A stretch of DNA of 64,000 nucleotides from an uncultured delta proteobacterium (GCA_963745025.1 CAVUWD010000011.1:576001-640000), one strand, 5' to 3'. Positions 30,013 to 40,481 are shown, counted from the stretch's first letter. Notes: generated by a model not told the origin, from the letters alone. Made by a program: numbers and translations.

Positions 30013-31259
30013 TCCAGCATGAGGTTCACCACCTGGCCGATCTTCTCGGTCGACAGGGGCTCGGTGTGGAGGCCGGCGAAGAAACCGCGGCGACCGATCT
30101 CCTCTGCGCCGGGGAACTCGCGTGGATCGCACTGGATGCCAAGAAGCTCGAGCGCGGGCTGGCGCGTGAAGTTACCGCTGATCACCGGCCGATTCTCGAT
30201 CCCGGAAGCGGAGAGGTATCGCAAGTATCGGCCGCAGTGGTGCGCGATCTTCGGCCCGAGCAGCGCGGCGAACCCGAACCAGACCGGCTCGATGTCCTTT
30301 GGCGCTACGGGGAATTGCAATTGACCCTCCCATTTCGGGTGCGCCTCGAACGCCGAAATGATGCGCGAACGATTCGCGTTGCGGATCTCGTTCATGTGCG
30401 CGAGGCGATCCAACTGGCAATGACCGAAGGCGGCCTGCACCTCGAGCGGCCGCAAATTGTACCCCACGTTCACAAATAGAAAACGCGGATCGATCTCTCG
30501 GTTCGCCCGTTCGATTTCTTCGCGGTCCGACAACTCGCGCGACCAGCCGTGTGCGCGCAGACATTTCAGCAAATCGTAATCCTCGAGGCTTCCGCAGACG
30601 ACCATACCGCCTTCGCCGGTGGTGATGTGGTGCGAATAGTAGAACGAGTAAGAGCCGAAATCCCCGAGCGTGCCGAGATACTGGTCCCGGAAGCGCGTGC
30701 CGAGCGATTCGCAGGTATCTTCGATCAGCAGCAATCCGTGGTCCCGGACGAGCTTCACGACGTCCGCCATCGGCGCCGCGTTGCCGAGGATGTGAACCGC
30801 CATCACGCCACGGGTCTTCTTCGTGATCTTCCGGCGGAGATCTTCCAAGTCCATGTTGAGCGTCTCGGGCGACGCATCGACGAACACGGGTTTGAGTCCC
30901 ATCTGGACAATCGGCCAGAGCGACGTCGACCAGCAGACCGCCGGAATCAAGACCTCGTCGCCAGGCTCTAGCCGTCGCTTGCGAGCGGGATTGCTCGCGG
31001 CGGCGAGCGCGAGAAGGTTGGCCGAGGAACCGGAATTGACCATGACGGCGTACTTGGCGCCGACGATTTCCGCGAAGCGCCTTTCGAAGCTGCGCACCTG
31101 CTCGGCTAGAGTGAGGCGACCGCTCAGCAGCGCGTCGACGGTGGCGATGATTTCGCGGTCATCGAAGCTCTGGCTGATCAGCGGAAAGAAGCCCTGCGGC
31201 TCGTCGGTACGGCGACGCCGGTTCCACTCGTCGCGGATGACTTGCTTCCAGTCGGCCAT
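29997..31259 (-). CDS. DegT/DnrJ-fold PLP enzyme, ColD-like NDP-4-keto-6-deoxysugar 3-dehydratase
   Basis: VMVNSGSSANLL, PAVCWSTS, IEDTCESLG; SFYYSHHITTGEGG has His where aminotransferases have Lys. Confidence 0.82.
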   Translation of the reverse strand: MADWKQVIRDEWNRRRRTDEPQGFFPLISQSFDDREIIATVDALLSGRLTLAEQVRSFERRFAEIVGAKYAVMVNSGSSANLLALAAASNPARKRRLEPGDEVLIPAVCWSTSLWPIVQMGLKPVFVDASPETLNMDLEDLRRKITKKTRGVMAVHILGNAAPMADVVKLVRDHGLLLIEDTCESLGTRFRDQYLGTLGDFGSYSFYYSHHITTGEGGMVVCGSLEDYDLLKCLRAHGWSRELSDREEIERANREIDPRFLFVNVGYNLRPLEVQAAFGHCQLDRLAHMNEIRNANRSRIISAFEAHPKWEGQLQFPVAPKDIEPVWFGFAALLGPKIAHHCGRYLRYLSASGIENRPVISGNFTRQPALELLGIQCDPREFPGAEEIGRRGFFAGLHTEPLSTEKIGQVVNLMLDHDFD

Positions 31260-31264
31260 GCGGT

Positions 31265-32017
31265 TCAACCCTTCTCGCGCAGCAACCGGCGCCTTAGAAA
31301 GTAAATGTTGAGGAGGCCGGTGAGCGCATTCTTGATCTCCTGAAAGTTCACCGAGCTTTCGCCGCGCATGCGATTGACGAAAACGGTGGGCACCTCGCCC
31401 ACGCGAAATCCTCGATAGTGGAGGTTCACGAGAATCTCGCTGAGCGCGATGAAGCCCTTGCCTTCTTTGCCGCAGGTCTCAACGATCAACCGGGCCGCGC
31501 GCAACGAGTACACGCGATACCCATTCGTGTAATCCGCGAGCGGTACGCCGAGAACGGCCCGCGCGAGCAGGTTCGAGCATTTCGAGAAGGTACGACGGGA
31601 CAGTGGCCAGTTGCGGATCTCGCTCTGGGGAAGATAACGGCTGGCGACGAGGAGATCGAATCGGCGCTCGCCAGCTTCACGTAGCAAGTCTGGAATCTGC
31701 GACGGCGGATGGGAGAAATCCGCGTCCATTTCCAAGATCTGCGAGCAGCCTTGATCGAGCAGTTGCCGAATCCCTTCGAGAACGGCGGAGCCCCGCCCGC
31801 CTTTCGCGCCGCGATGAGTCACCGTGACTCGAGCGAGACCGAGCCGTTCGACGGCGTCCTTGGTGGCGAGATCGGGGGAATCGTCGACGACGGCGATTCG
31901 GGCTTCGGGCACGAACGTTAGAATCTCGCGGATCAGCCTGCCGATGTTGTCGGCTTCCTTGTAGCTGGGGATCACGACACCGACGAGGTTCGTTGGACTG
32001 CTTGAACTTGGCGGCAT
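31265..32017 (-). CDS. GT2 polyprenol-phosphate glycosyl (mannose synthase-like) transferase
   Basis: VVIPSYKEADNI, VVDDSPD, EMDADFSHPP, DYTNGYRVY, FVNRMRGESS. Confidence 0.9.
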   Translation of the reverse strand: MPPSSSSPTNLVGVVIPSYKEADNIGRLIREILTFVPEARIAVVDDSPDLATKDAVERLGLARVTVTHRGAKGGRGSAVLEGIRQLLDQGCSQILEMDADFSHPPSQIPDLLREAGERRFDLLVASRYLPQSEIRNWPLSRRTFSKCSNLLARAVLGVPLADYTNGYRVYSLRAARLIVETCGKEGKGFIALSEILVNLHYRGFRVGEVPTVFVNRMRGESSVNFQEIKNALTGLLNIYFLRRRLLREKG

Positions 32018-32454
32018 GTTCGTGCGTCGTTCGTTGGCTCGAGTCGGCCTGCTGGCGCCGATTGCTGACCCACGACCTCTTGTTCCGACGGAAGCCGTAT
32101 AGCGGAAAAATCGGCGGAAAACCGTCCGTGGCCGGGTTCTCCGGCGTCAGGGGCCTCGTGAGCTCATGAAGCCTTGCTACCGATACCTTCGGTCGTGCCG
32201 ACGCGTGGGCGCTCGCCAGAGCGCGAGCGGTCCAACAAGAGGCCGAAGATGCGACTGCAGTCAGAACTCTCCGTCATCACCCGCTCTCGATTCGCTCTTC
32301 CGGGAGGAGTCCAGATACGCCGTGTTGGGCTTCCCGCTCGACCAAGCGACCGGAGACGTACTCGTGAAGTAGAATCGATGTAGCAAGATCTCGTTCCTCT
32401 CGTCCATCGCCGCGCGGCCGTGACGAGCAGGTTGCGCGCCGCTCGAATGATGGG

Positions 32455-32937
32455 TTAGACGGCCTGCCCCGGCCGAAGACGGGGTAGCCAACGGCCGACC
32501 CGCGCGCGGTAGTGTTCGTATTGACTCCCAAACTCCGACCGGAGATGGGGCTCTTCGTAAAAAAGGATGAACAACTGGAAGCAGGTCCCGACAACGAGCG
32601 CATAGAGCACCAAATCGAAAGCCCGAAACAGCACAGCCCACCCAAGGATCACGGTCAGCACGCCCGTATACATCGGATTTCGTGTGTAGCGGTAGAGACC
32701 TCGGACGACGAGTTTCTTGGGTGCGTCAATGGGTGCGGGAGTACCTTGCCCGAAAGTGGCGAAGTCCCATACGCACCATGCATAGATGGACGCGCCGATA
32801 AGAAGAACGAGACATCCCGCAAGAAACGCCGGGCCCATAACGAAGGGCCGGTCACGGACGATTCGCAACGGAAGGTAGACAGCGAACGTGCCAGGTACGA
32901 TCAGCGTGAAGAGAAGGTTCTTGAAGAGGAGCAGCAT
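32455..32937 (-). CDS. isoprenylcysteine carboxyl methyltransferase family protein
   Basis: GQGTPAPIDAPKKLVVRGLYRYTRNPMY and YEEPHLRSEFG. Confidence 0.88.
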   Translation of the reverse strand: MLLLFKNLLFTLIVPGTFAVYLPLRIVRDRPFVMGPAFLAGCLVLLIGASIYAWCVWDFATFGQGTPAPIDAPKKLVVRGLYRYTRNPMYTGVLTVILGWAVLFRAFDLVLYALVVGTCFQLFILFYEEPHLRSEFGSQYEHYRARVGRWLPRLRPGQAV

Positions 32938-32984
32938 TCTCTTACTCTTCTGGCCGTCTAGACAGAATGGCTGAGAGCTAAAGA

Positions 32985-33125
32985 GGACCTGCCTCTTGCA
33001 GGCCGCGGGTTATGCTCGCGGTTGAGTGAACTGGCTCTCGAGCACAGAGCCACGATGCAAGGAGGCAGGTCCATGGCAAGGCGTAGCACGACGGTGGGAC
33101 TCGATGTCCACAAGGAATCCTTGCC
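32985..33125 (+). mobile_element. IS110-family left end with first codons of the transposase (remnant)
   Basis: MARRSTTVGLDVHKES from ATG 33073 is the DEDD N-terminal motif; structured 5' leader; rest of the gene is absent. Confidence 0.62.
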
Positions 33126-33403
33126 GCCGATCCTTCAGGAGATGGCGCAATCGATCAAGATCGGAGGCCGGTGCGCGCCGCTCGGGGTCACTGCCCGGAC
33201 GCATCGCGAGGCAGGCGTCGAGGCTGGGGGCGGTGGGCGGCAGGCCGAAGGGCGCCGCGGAGCCGCCGAAGCAGAAACGACGGTGAGATAAGCACCGGTT
33301 CCCGAACGTAAAAACCCCCGAAGGCAAGCGGCACAACGGTTTTCGCGATTCGCCATTTGCTGCGTGCGGCGACCCGATTGCCTCTCGCGGGCCGGCTGGC
33401 ACA

Positions 33404-34438
33404 ATGGCGGCCGCCGTGGGGAGCCTCTTCCGCCGCCTTGTTCTCGCATCCCTCGCTGCCCTCGTGACTGCGTGCAGCATTCCAGCCGCACTTGCGGCGA
33501 CGGGGGCGCCGCGCGACGGCGACGTCTTCACGAACCCCGGCGGACCGCGACCTTGGCCGGGACCGCAGGTGACGGTTCCGTTTTTCGTGCGGAAGGCATG
33601 GACCTCGATCGTCGGACGGGAGGGCGCCGCGCCGCTCGTCCGCTTCGACCGCGACGCCATGCTCGAGAACCCGAGCATGACCTGGATCGGCCATTCGACG
33701 ATGCTCGTCCGTATGGACGGTGTGAGCTTTCTCACGGACCCGATGTTCTCCGATCGGGCGAGCCCGTTCTCCTTCGCCGGACCGAAGCGGCTCGTCCCGC
33801 CGGGTGTCCCGCTGTCCGATCTGCCGCCGGTCGACTTCGTGACGCTCTCCCACGACCACTACGACCACACCGACTTGGCTTCGATCGAGGCGCTCGCGAA
33901 GCGCGGCGTCCGTTTCGTCGCCGGTCTGCGGATGGGCGACCTCGTGCGTGAGGCCGGCGGCGAGGTGGTCGAGCTCGATTGGTGGGAGAGCGTGCAGGTC
34001 GGCCCCGTGCGGGTTCACTGCGTGCCCGCCCAGCACTTCTCGGGACGATCGCTCGCGGGTCATGACCGGCGCCTGTGGGCAGGATGGGTTGTCGAGGGCC
34101 CCACGCGGCGGTTCTACCATGCCGGCGACACCGGCTACTTCGACGGTTTCCGCGCGCTCAGCGAGCGCTTCGGGAGGATCGATCTCGCCGCGCTGCCGAT
34201 CGGCGCCTATGATCCCGCGCCGATCATGGGGTTCGTTCACCTGAACCCCGAGCAGGCGGTGCGCGCGGCGATCGACCTCGGGGTGCGCCGCGTCGTCGCG
34301 ATGCACTGGGGCACGTTCGATCTGACCGACGAGCCGCTGGACGAGCCGCCGCGTCGGTTCCGCGCGGCGGCGGAGAAAGCGGGGCTCGGCCCCGAGCAGG
34401 CCTGGGTGCTTGCGGTGGGAGAGTCCCGGCGCTGGTGA
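33404..34438 (+). CDS. MBL-fold metallo-hydrolase (NAPE-PLD/RomA-like)
   Basis: TWIGHST, LTDPMFS, SHDHYDH, PAQHFSGR, AGDTGY, PIGAYDP, MHWGTF. Confidence 0.92.
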   Translation: MAAAVGSLFRRLVLASLAALVTACSIPAALAATGAPRDGDVFTNPGGPRPWPGPQVTVPFFVRKAWTSIVGREGAAPLVRFDRDAMLENPSMTWIGHSTMLVRMDGVSFLTDPMFSDRASPFSFAGPKRLVPPGVPLSDLPPVDFVTLSHDHYDHTDLASIEALAKRGVRFVAGLRMGDLVREAGGEVVELDWWESVQVGPVRVHCVPAQHFSGRSLAGHDRRLWAGWVVEGPTRRFYHAGDTGYFDGFRALSERFGRIDLAALPIGAYDPAPIMGFVHLNPEQAVRAAIDLGVRRVVAMHWGTFDLTDEPLDEPPRRFRAAAEKAGLGPEQAWVLAVGESRRW

Positions 34439-34456
34439 CGGTCTGAGGAAACGAGC

Positions 34457-35218
34457 ATGTTCCCGTATCGCGACGAGAACGAGACGGTCAGGACGCCCGT
34501 GATGACCCTCGCCCTGATCGGGGCGAACGTGGTGATGTGGATCTTCGTCCAGGGAGCAGGTCAGACGCTTCCGCTCGCCAGCTCGGTTTGCAACCTGGGG
34601 CTCATTCCAGGCGAGCTCACCGGCGCTCTTCCGCCTGGGCAGGGGTTCCCGATGGGCGAGGGGCTCGTCTGCGTCACCGATCCCGGGCCGCAGTATCTAC
34701 ACGTGCTCACGTCGATGTTTCTCCATGGATCGTGGATGCACCTGCTCGGCAACATGTGGTTCCTGTGGATCTTCGGCAACAACGTCGAGGACTCGATGGG
34801 CCGGGGCCGATTCGTCACCTTCTATCTCCTGTGCGGCCTCGCCGCGGCCGTACTGCAGGTGTTGATCACGCCGGATTCCGTCGTGCCGATGGTCGGCGCC
34901 TCCGGTGCGATCAGCGGCGTCATGGGCGGCTACGTCGTCCTCTACCCATTCGTGCGGGTCTACGTCCTCATTCCTCTCGGCTTCTTCCTGACGTCGGCCG
35001 CGCTTCCCGCGTGGACGATGGTCGGTTACTGGATGTTCCTCCAGATCCTGAGCGGGCTCGTCGCGCTCGGAAGCCCTCAGCTGGGCGGGGTGGCCTTCTG
35101 GGCCCACGTCGGCGGTTTCTTCGGAGGCGTCGCCCTGGTCAGGCTCTTCGCGAGGGGCGACTACGTGTCGGCGCACCGCGCCACCCACTGGCAGCCCCGG
35201 CACCTCCGCTGGCAATGA
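34457..35218 (+). CDS. rhomboid family intramembrane serine protease
   Basis: SMFLHGSWMHLLGNM, GASGAISG and VAFWAHVGGF. Confidence 0.94.
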   Translation: MFPYRDENETVRTPVMTLALIGANVVMWIFVQGAGQTLPLASSVCNLGLIPGELTGALPPGQGFPMGEGLVCVTDPGPQYLHVLTSMFLHGSWMHLLGNMWFLWIFGNNVEDSMGRGRFVTFYLLCGLAAAVLQVLITPDSVVPMVGASGAISGVMGGYVVLYPFVRVYVLIPLGFFLTSAALPAWTMVGYWMFLQILSGLVALGSPQLGGVAFWAHVGGFFGGVALVRLFARGDYVSAHRATHWQPRHLRWQ

Positions 35219-35467
35219 CGGCGACTCGGCGCATTCATGACCGCCTTCTACATCGGTGACGTCATTTCCTGCGCGTTCGGCGGGGGGAGGCGCGTGCCAG
35301 AGGGCGTAGGAAAATTCGCGGATCCGTTCGCCATGCGGCTTTCCCGGGTGGGCTACCAGGCTCGTCAGCTGGCACGAATTCTTTCGCTGAGTGCGCCCCG
35401 ATTCGCGAAGTCGTGCTGTCGCTCCGCCTCGAAGAGGCCCGAATAACGAATCGTCAGCTCCGGGACC

Positions 35468-36121
35468 ATGAGCGAAATCCGTGCGCCATCGAGTCGAGAA
35501 TTGATGTCTTACCGGATTACGAACGCCTGCTGGTTTGTCGCGCTGAGTTCTTTGCTGATCGCTTTCCTAGGTTGCACGGGTCCGCGAGTCCGCACTATCA
35601 CTTCCTCACGAAGTTACCTTTCGCCAACCACCGCGGCATCGGCTATGTCCTCGACCCGAGCGCCGTCGAAAGCATTCAACGATTTCATCACCGCCCACAA
35701 TAAATATCGACGGTTGCATTGTGCTCAACCAGTGGCCTGGTCGCCGGCACTAGCGGCGATCGCTCAGCGATGGGCTGATCATCTACGCGGTCGGCAATGC
35801 TCGCTCCAACACAATCCCGATACCACGTACGGCGAGAATCTGACGTACGGCTCGCCGTCTGGCTCGCTTACGCCTGAAGAGGTAGTTCAGGGCTGGTATT
35901 CGGAGGTCGGCAAGTACAGTTTCCGCCACCCTCAGTACCGCCCGGCTGCTGGGCATTTTACCCAAGTCGTATGGGCAGGCACGAGACGGATCGGCTGCGG
36001 CGTCGCCCATTGCTCGAATGCCGACGTGTGGGTGTGTAATTACGACCCACCAGGTAATGTCCTGAAGGAGTTTGCCGCCAATGTCTCGCCGACGTCATGC
36101 ACAGTTAACCCCGCGGAATGA
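35468..36121 (+). CDS. CAP/SCP (PR-1-like) domain protein, probable lipoprotein
   Basis: HNKYR, YGENL, GHFTQVVW, IGCG, VCNYDPPGN; lipobox-like FLGC. Confidence 0.88.
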   Translation: MSEIRAPSSRELMSYRITNACWFVALSSLLIAFLGCTGPRVRTITSSRSYLSPTTAASAMSSTRAPSKAFNDFITAHNKYRRLHCAQPVAWSPALAAIAQRWADHLRGRQCSLQHNPDTTYGENLTYGSPSGSLTPEEVVQGWYSEVGKYSFRHPQYRPAAGHFTQVVWAGTRRIGCGVAHCSNADVWVCNYDPPGNVLKEFAANVSPTSCTVNPAE

Positions 36122-36259
36122 CCCAGCTTTGAACGAGCTTTGAAGGGACTAATGAGTGTTCGCAATCCGCGGAGGATAGCCGGCATAAAAACCTCGGGGG
36201 GGGGCGCTGCAACGCACGCCTGGGCAACGCATCTTCATGGGTGGACAGCTTGCCTGAGT

Positions 36260-36712
36260 TCAACGGGAAATCGACCAGGTCGAGCTGGCGCGCACCGCGG
36301 GCGCGCCGTCGGCACTCGAGATTTCGGCTTCGAGGAAGGCGACCCCGCGCCCGTGGCGCAGGACCCTTGCGGCGCCGCTGATTGGTCCGGGTCGCAGCGG
36401 CCGCAAATGAGATACTTTGACTTCGGCCGTGACCGCCCATTCATCCGCTTCGAGCACCGAACCAATCGCGGTCGAAAAGAGTTCGTCCACAAAAACCGCG
36501 ATGAAGCCGCCGTGCAACGTGCCGAACGGATTCAGCACGGTCGGCGGCTGCTCCGGCCAACTCCAGCTTGAGCTTCCCTGCCCGAACTCCAGCGGACGCA
36601 TCCCGAGCGCCAACGCCGGCGACTTATAGTCATCAACGCGGTTCTCGCGAATGATCTGATTAAGCTCAGTCAGCGGCGCCAGGCGCGGCGCGGCAGTTTC
36701 GTCGGTGCTCAT
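36260..36712 (-). CDS. PaaI family thioesterase
   Basis: LNPFGTLHGGFIAVFVDE and VTAEVKVSHLRP. Confidence 0.88.
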   Translation of the reverse strand: MSTDETAAPRLAPLTELNQIIRENRVDDYKSPALALGMRPLEFGQGSSSWSWPEQPPTVLNPFGTLHGGFIAVFVDELFSTAIGSVLEADEWAVTAEVKVSHLRPLRPGPISGAARVLRHGRGVAFLEAEISSADGAPAVRASSTWSISR

Positions 36713-36769
36713 CGTGGTTCTCTCAATCGTACGCTAGTCGGGGCTGATTCGTCGACCGTTACCAGCCAA

Positions 36770-37141
36770 GAGAGAATCGCGGAACAGGATCCGGCGATCG
36801 TGGTGTGGTGGGCGACGCGGACCGAATGCGTCACGGCGCTCGCCCGCCTGCGCCGTGATGACAAGATCGACGTCGGCGGCGAAGCGCGGACGAGGCGCTT
36901 GCTGTTTCAGCTCTCGGCCGTGTGGACCGAGATCGCACCCGGCAACCGTCTGCGCGACCGCGCCGAGCGTTTGCTCTCGGTACACGCGCTCCGCGCCGCA
37001 GACGCGTTCCAGCTGGCTGCTGCGCTTCTCTGGTCCCGCGGCAAGACGACCGGTCGCGCCCTCGTCTCCTTCGACCGCCGCTTGCGCGAGGCGGCCGTCC
37101 GAGAGGGTTTCGACGCGCTTCCGGGCAGCGTCGCGCCCTGA
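36770..37141 (+). pseudogene. 5'-truncated VapC/PIN toxin, no antitoxin nearby
   Basis: DPAIVVWWATRTECVTALARLRR..HALRAADAFQLAAAL..SFDRRLREAAVREGF; the first catalytic Asp strand is missing. Confidence 0.75.
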
Positions 37142-37424
37142 GGCCGCGGAACGAGGTCAGCGACGGAGGTTCCGCGCAGCGCTGTGGTAGCGGGCCCTGC
37201 AGCGCGGGCCAAAGTTGAACCGGCGAGCTTGACGATCAAGGGCGAACCGGCAATGCCAGGTGCGCACTTGACGGAAGTCAAAGCGGGGAGAAGCCCGCAT
37301 CCGCCTGAGTCGCCGTCGCGCTGAACGCGCTGCTACGTCTCGCGGGAGCGGGGCGCGCTAGCGTTCGAGATCCCGGGGATAGGGAAGAGGGCGCCGTCGT
37401 TGCGCATCCCCACGGGCGCAACAA

Positions 37425-39860
37425 ATGCTCTCAAGAACTGATCCGCACGCGTTGCCTGGTTCGCGGCTCATTTACACACCCGTCTTACTGACCCACGTCT
37501 GGAATCCGCCATCGGATTCGATCAAAACGGGATCCGCTATGACCGGACCCGCAGCATCCAGGTGGGAGTCCGCGACCCCGTCCGTCGAGCTCCTCGCGTT
37601 CGCAGCACTGGCCGTTCTGCTGGCAGCGATCCTCCTCTTCAAGGATCTCGGTCTCGAGGGCATTGCCGCCGACGAAGCGACGACGACTGCCCGAGTCGTG
37701 GAGCTGCTCGAGAGCGGGCACTGGCTCGTCCCAACGCTCGACGGCGAGCCGGACCTGCACAAGCCGCCGCTCAAGCTGTGGGTCGTCGCCGCGACGATTC
37801 GCATGTTCGGCGCGAGCGAGGGGACGCTCCGGGTTTGGGACGCGACGGCGGGTCTGGCGATCGTCCTGCTCACGTTCCTGGCCGCGGCGCACTTCGGCGG
37901 GGCGCTCGCGGGATTCGTCGCCGCGCTGGCGCTGATGACCGTCCCGCTATTCCTCTTCGATCACATGTGTCGTTCGAACGTGTACGACAGCTTCTTGGTC
38001 CTGCTCGTCGCCGCCGCCGCGCTTCACTACGCGCTCGGCACCCAATCCAACCGGGCCGCCGTCTTGACCGGCTGTTTCGGCGGCCTCGCGCTCCTGTCGA
38101 AGGGGGTGGCGGCGCTTCCCTTGTTCGTAATCATCATCGTGTTCGAGCTTTCGCGAAGCGGGCCTCGCGGATTACGCAAGGGCCACCTTTGGATCACCGT
38201 TGCCACCGCGGTCGCGGTGGCGGGCCTCTGGTACGTTCCGGCTTTTCTGCTCGCTCCGAAGGTTCTCACGAGGGAGATGCGCTTCGAGGTGCTCGGTCGA
38301 TTTTTCGGGGAGAGCGCCTTCGCGCACCCGACGCTCTTCTTCGAACAGGTCGGCGCGATGTTCCGCTACTGGCTGATCGCGCTGGCACCGGCGCTCCTCG
38401 CGTTGCGAGACACTCGAGCCCAAGGAGCGGCCATGCTGGTCATCTGGCCGGCGGTGTGGCTCGCGGCGTTCGGCGTCGCCAATCTTCCGCAGGACTGGTA
38501 CGGCCTGCCCGCCTTTCCGCCCATCGCCGCGCTGATCGGAATCGGCCTCGGGTACGTAGCGGATTCGGTCCCACTGGGGCACGCGCGAGCGCGCCGCTTC
38601 GCAGCCGCGGTAGCCGTTCTCGCGGCTTTCGCGCCGGCGTATCGCCTCGCCTACGCGCGGACAGGCTCGGTGCGCTGGACGCACAGCGATCTGCGCGGCT
38701 TCGCCGACTGGGCCACGGCTACTTTGCCCGAAGAGGTCCCGCTCTTCGTACTCCGCGAGGAGCGGAGCATGCCGCTGTTCGCGCAGCACGAGCGGCTCGA
38801 CGCCTACAAGCTGAGGCGACGAATCCGCTACCGATCCACGGCCGAGCACCTCTGTGAAGGGCTGGAAGCGGCTTCGGCGGCTTTCGTGATCGTGCCGGCG
38901 GATTCGACTGCCGCCGTCCCTTGCTTACAGACGTTCGCCCGCGTCGTTCCCCTTCGCGCGACGTTCTACTCGCACGCCTTTCCGTTCGTGCCGAAGGATC
39001 TGGTCGCCCGCGGTCGCGAGGCTCCTCCGTTTTTCTCCTCCACGGAGGTGGTGATCGACGTCGGCGCCGGCGATGCGCTCGCTGGAGAATGGTCGCGCGA
39101 AGTGGAAGAGCGCGCCGGCGTATTCGCCCGTCCGATCTCGGGCGCTCGGGCTTCGATTCGCTTTGATCTTCCTCCCTTTCCAGCTCCCGTCGTCCGCATC
39201 GAAGCCGTCGAGGTGAGTCCTGTTTCGAGTTGCGATCCCGAGCTGAGGATCAATGGAGAGGTGCTCGGTTCGCTTTCGCAGGCCCGCGGAGAGGCGGGCC
39301 TGCCGCTCCCCGTCGGACGGCTGCGCCTCACGGCGAACGACCTTGAGATCGTGCGAACGTGTCCCGAGGGCCAGGTTACCGTCTCGCGCATCGTCGTCCG
39401 CAGCGAGCCGACCGCGACGGCTGGGCACCTCGAGTTCGCTCACTCGAGGCAGTACGGGAGCGGGCATCACTTGGTCGGCGCGCGAATCGTAGACCCCGGT
39501 TCTCCGACCGGGCATGCATTCGTGACCGGTGGAACTTACGGCCCGCCGGGCTTTCTCTACTTCTTGCCGATAGAGTTGTCGGCCGGCAGTTACGAGGCCA
39601 CCTTCGACCTCCGCGCCGGTCGGCTTGCGACGATCGACGGGACCGTAGTGGTGGACGTCTACGCAGGGGACCGAGGCCGCCGGCTGAGCGCACGGGAGGT
39701 TCCGGCGGCAAGCCTGACTTCGGACGGGAGATACCTGCCGGTACGCTTGCGCTTCGAGATCGACGCACCGAGAAAGGTCGAGCTCCGGGTCGAGACCCGG
39801 GACGGCTCCGAAATCCGCGTGGCGCGGGTCGACGTGCGCTCAGCCTGGGCTCGGCCCTGA
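37425..39860 (+). CDS. GT39/ArnT-like glycosyltransferase with large C-terminal extracytoplasmic beta domains (alternative start 37539)
   Basis: ADEATT, WLVPTLDGEPDLHKPPLKLW, LSKG, about 11 TM helices, then about 350 aa soluble tail. Confidence 0.82.
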   Translation: MLSRTDPHALPGSRLIYTPVLLTHVWNPPSDSIKTGSAMTGPAASRWESATPSVELLAFAALAVLLAAILLFKDLGLEGIAADEATTTARVVELLESGHWLVPTLDGEPDLHKPPLKLWVVAATIRMFGASEGTLRVWDATAGLAIVLLTFLAAAHFGGALAGFVAALALMTVPLFLFDHMCRSNVYDSFLVLLVAAAALHYALGTQSNRAAVLTGCFGGLALLSKGVAALPLFVIIIVFELSRSGPRGLRKGHLWITVATAVAVAGLWYVPAFLLAPKVLTREMRFEVLGRFFGESAFAHPTLFFEQVGAMFRYWLIALAPALLALRDTRAQGAAMLVIWPAVWLAAFGVANLPQDWYGLPAFPPIAALIGIGLGYVADSVPLGHARARRFAAAVAVLAAFAPAYRLAYARTGSVRWTHSDLRGFADWATATLPEEVPLFVLREERSMPLFAQHERLDAYKLRRRIRYRSTAEHLCEGLEAASAAFVIVPADSTAAVPCLQTFARVVPLRATFYSHAFPFVPKDLVARGREAPPFFSSTEVVIDVGAGDALAGEWSREVEERAGVFARPISGARASIRFDLPPFPAPVVRIEAVEVSPVSSCDPELRINGEVLGSLSQARGEAGLPLPVGRLRLTANDLEIVRTCPEGQVTVSRIVVRSEPTATAGHLEFAHSRQYGSGHHLVGARIVDPGSPTGHAFVTGGTYGPPGFLYFLPIELSAGSYEATFDLRAGRLATIDGTVVVDVYAGDRGRRLSAREVPAASLTSDGRYLPVRLRFEIDAPRKVELRVETRDGSEIRVARVDVRSAWARP

Positions 39861-40003
39861 CGCGGAACGCAAACGCGCGTCACGACCAGCGTTCGTCACA
39901 ACTTCGAGAAAATGAGCAGCAAAAAACCTGGAACGGCGCTCGATGGACATGGCTGTCTTCGCGACGATCGCAGCCATCGCGTCGGCGTCGACGCGGTGTC
40001 AGT

Positions 40004-40230
40004 TCACGATTGCAGGAGGGTCCTCGCGTCCTGGAGGTCCAGGGTGTCGTGCCCCTCGGTGAACCAGCCGTACACTTCGGCGAGGCAATCGTGCGCTGGG
40101 CCTCTCTCCCCTGCAATCTGCTCCAGACGCGCCAGGCTCAGCGCCGCACGCAGCTCCAGAGATCTTGCGCCCCGTTCGTGCGCCATCTTCAAGGCGCACT
40201 GAAAGCACTGTTCCGGTGCCGGGCTTGCCT
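40004..40230 (-). pseudogene. C-terminal TPR remnant of an adenylate-cyclase/AAA-type regulator
   Basis: EQCFQCALKMAHERGARSLELRAALSLARL..VYGWFTEGHDTLDLQDARTLL. Confidence 0.75.
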
Positions 40231-40481
40231 ACGCGTACCTGCGCCCAGCCCCTGAGCGCCGTGGCGAAGTTCTGCCGTCTGCGTTGATAAGGGAGCTCAG
40301 TTCACGCCGCCCGGCCGCCATCTCACGCCCGAGGCGAGTGCGGCTGCGAGCCGCCGGTAGCCGGGCAGCGGTCGCTGGCGGCGAGTGAACGTCACTTGAT
40401 GGAATCTCTCTTTGGTGCGACCATTCCGCTCGCCTTGCATGGCTTGCTCTCCTACGGGTGCGGCAGCCTGAGGACGCCATC

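Noticed and set aside
35369-35388. CTGGCACG sigma54-like -24 box upstream of the CAP gene
   Set aside because: No GC at the required -12 spacing.
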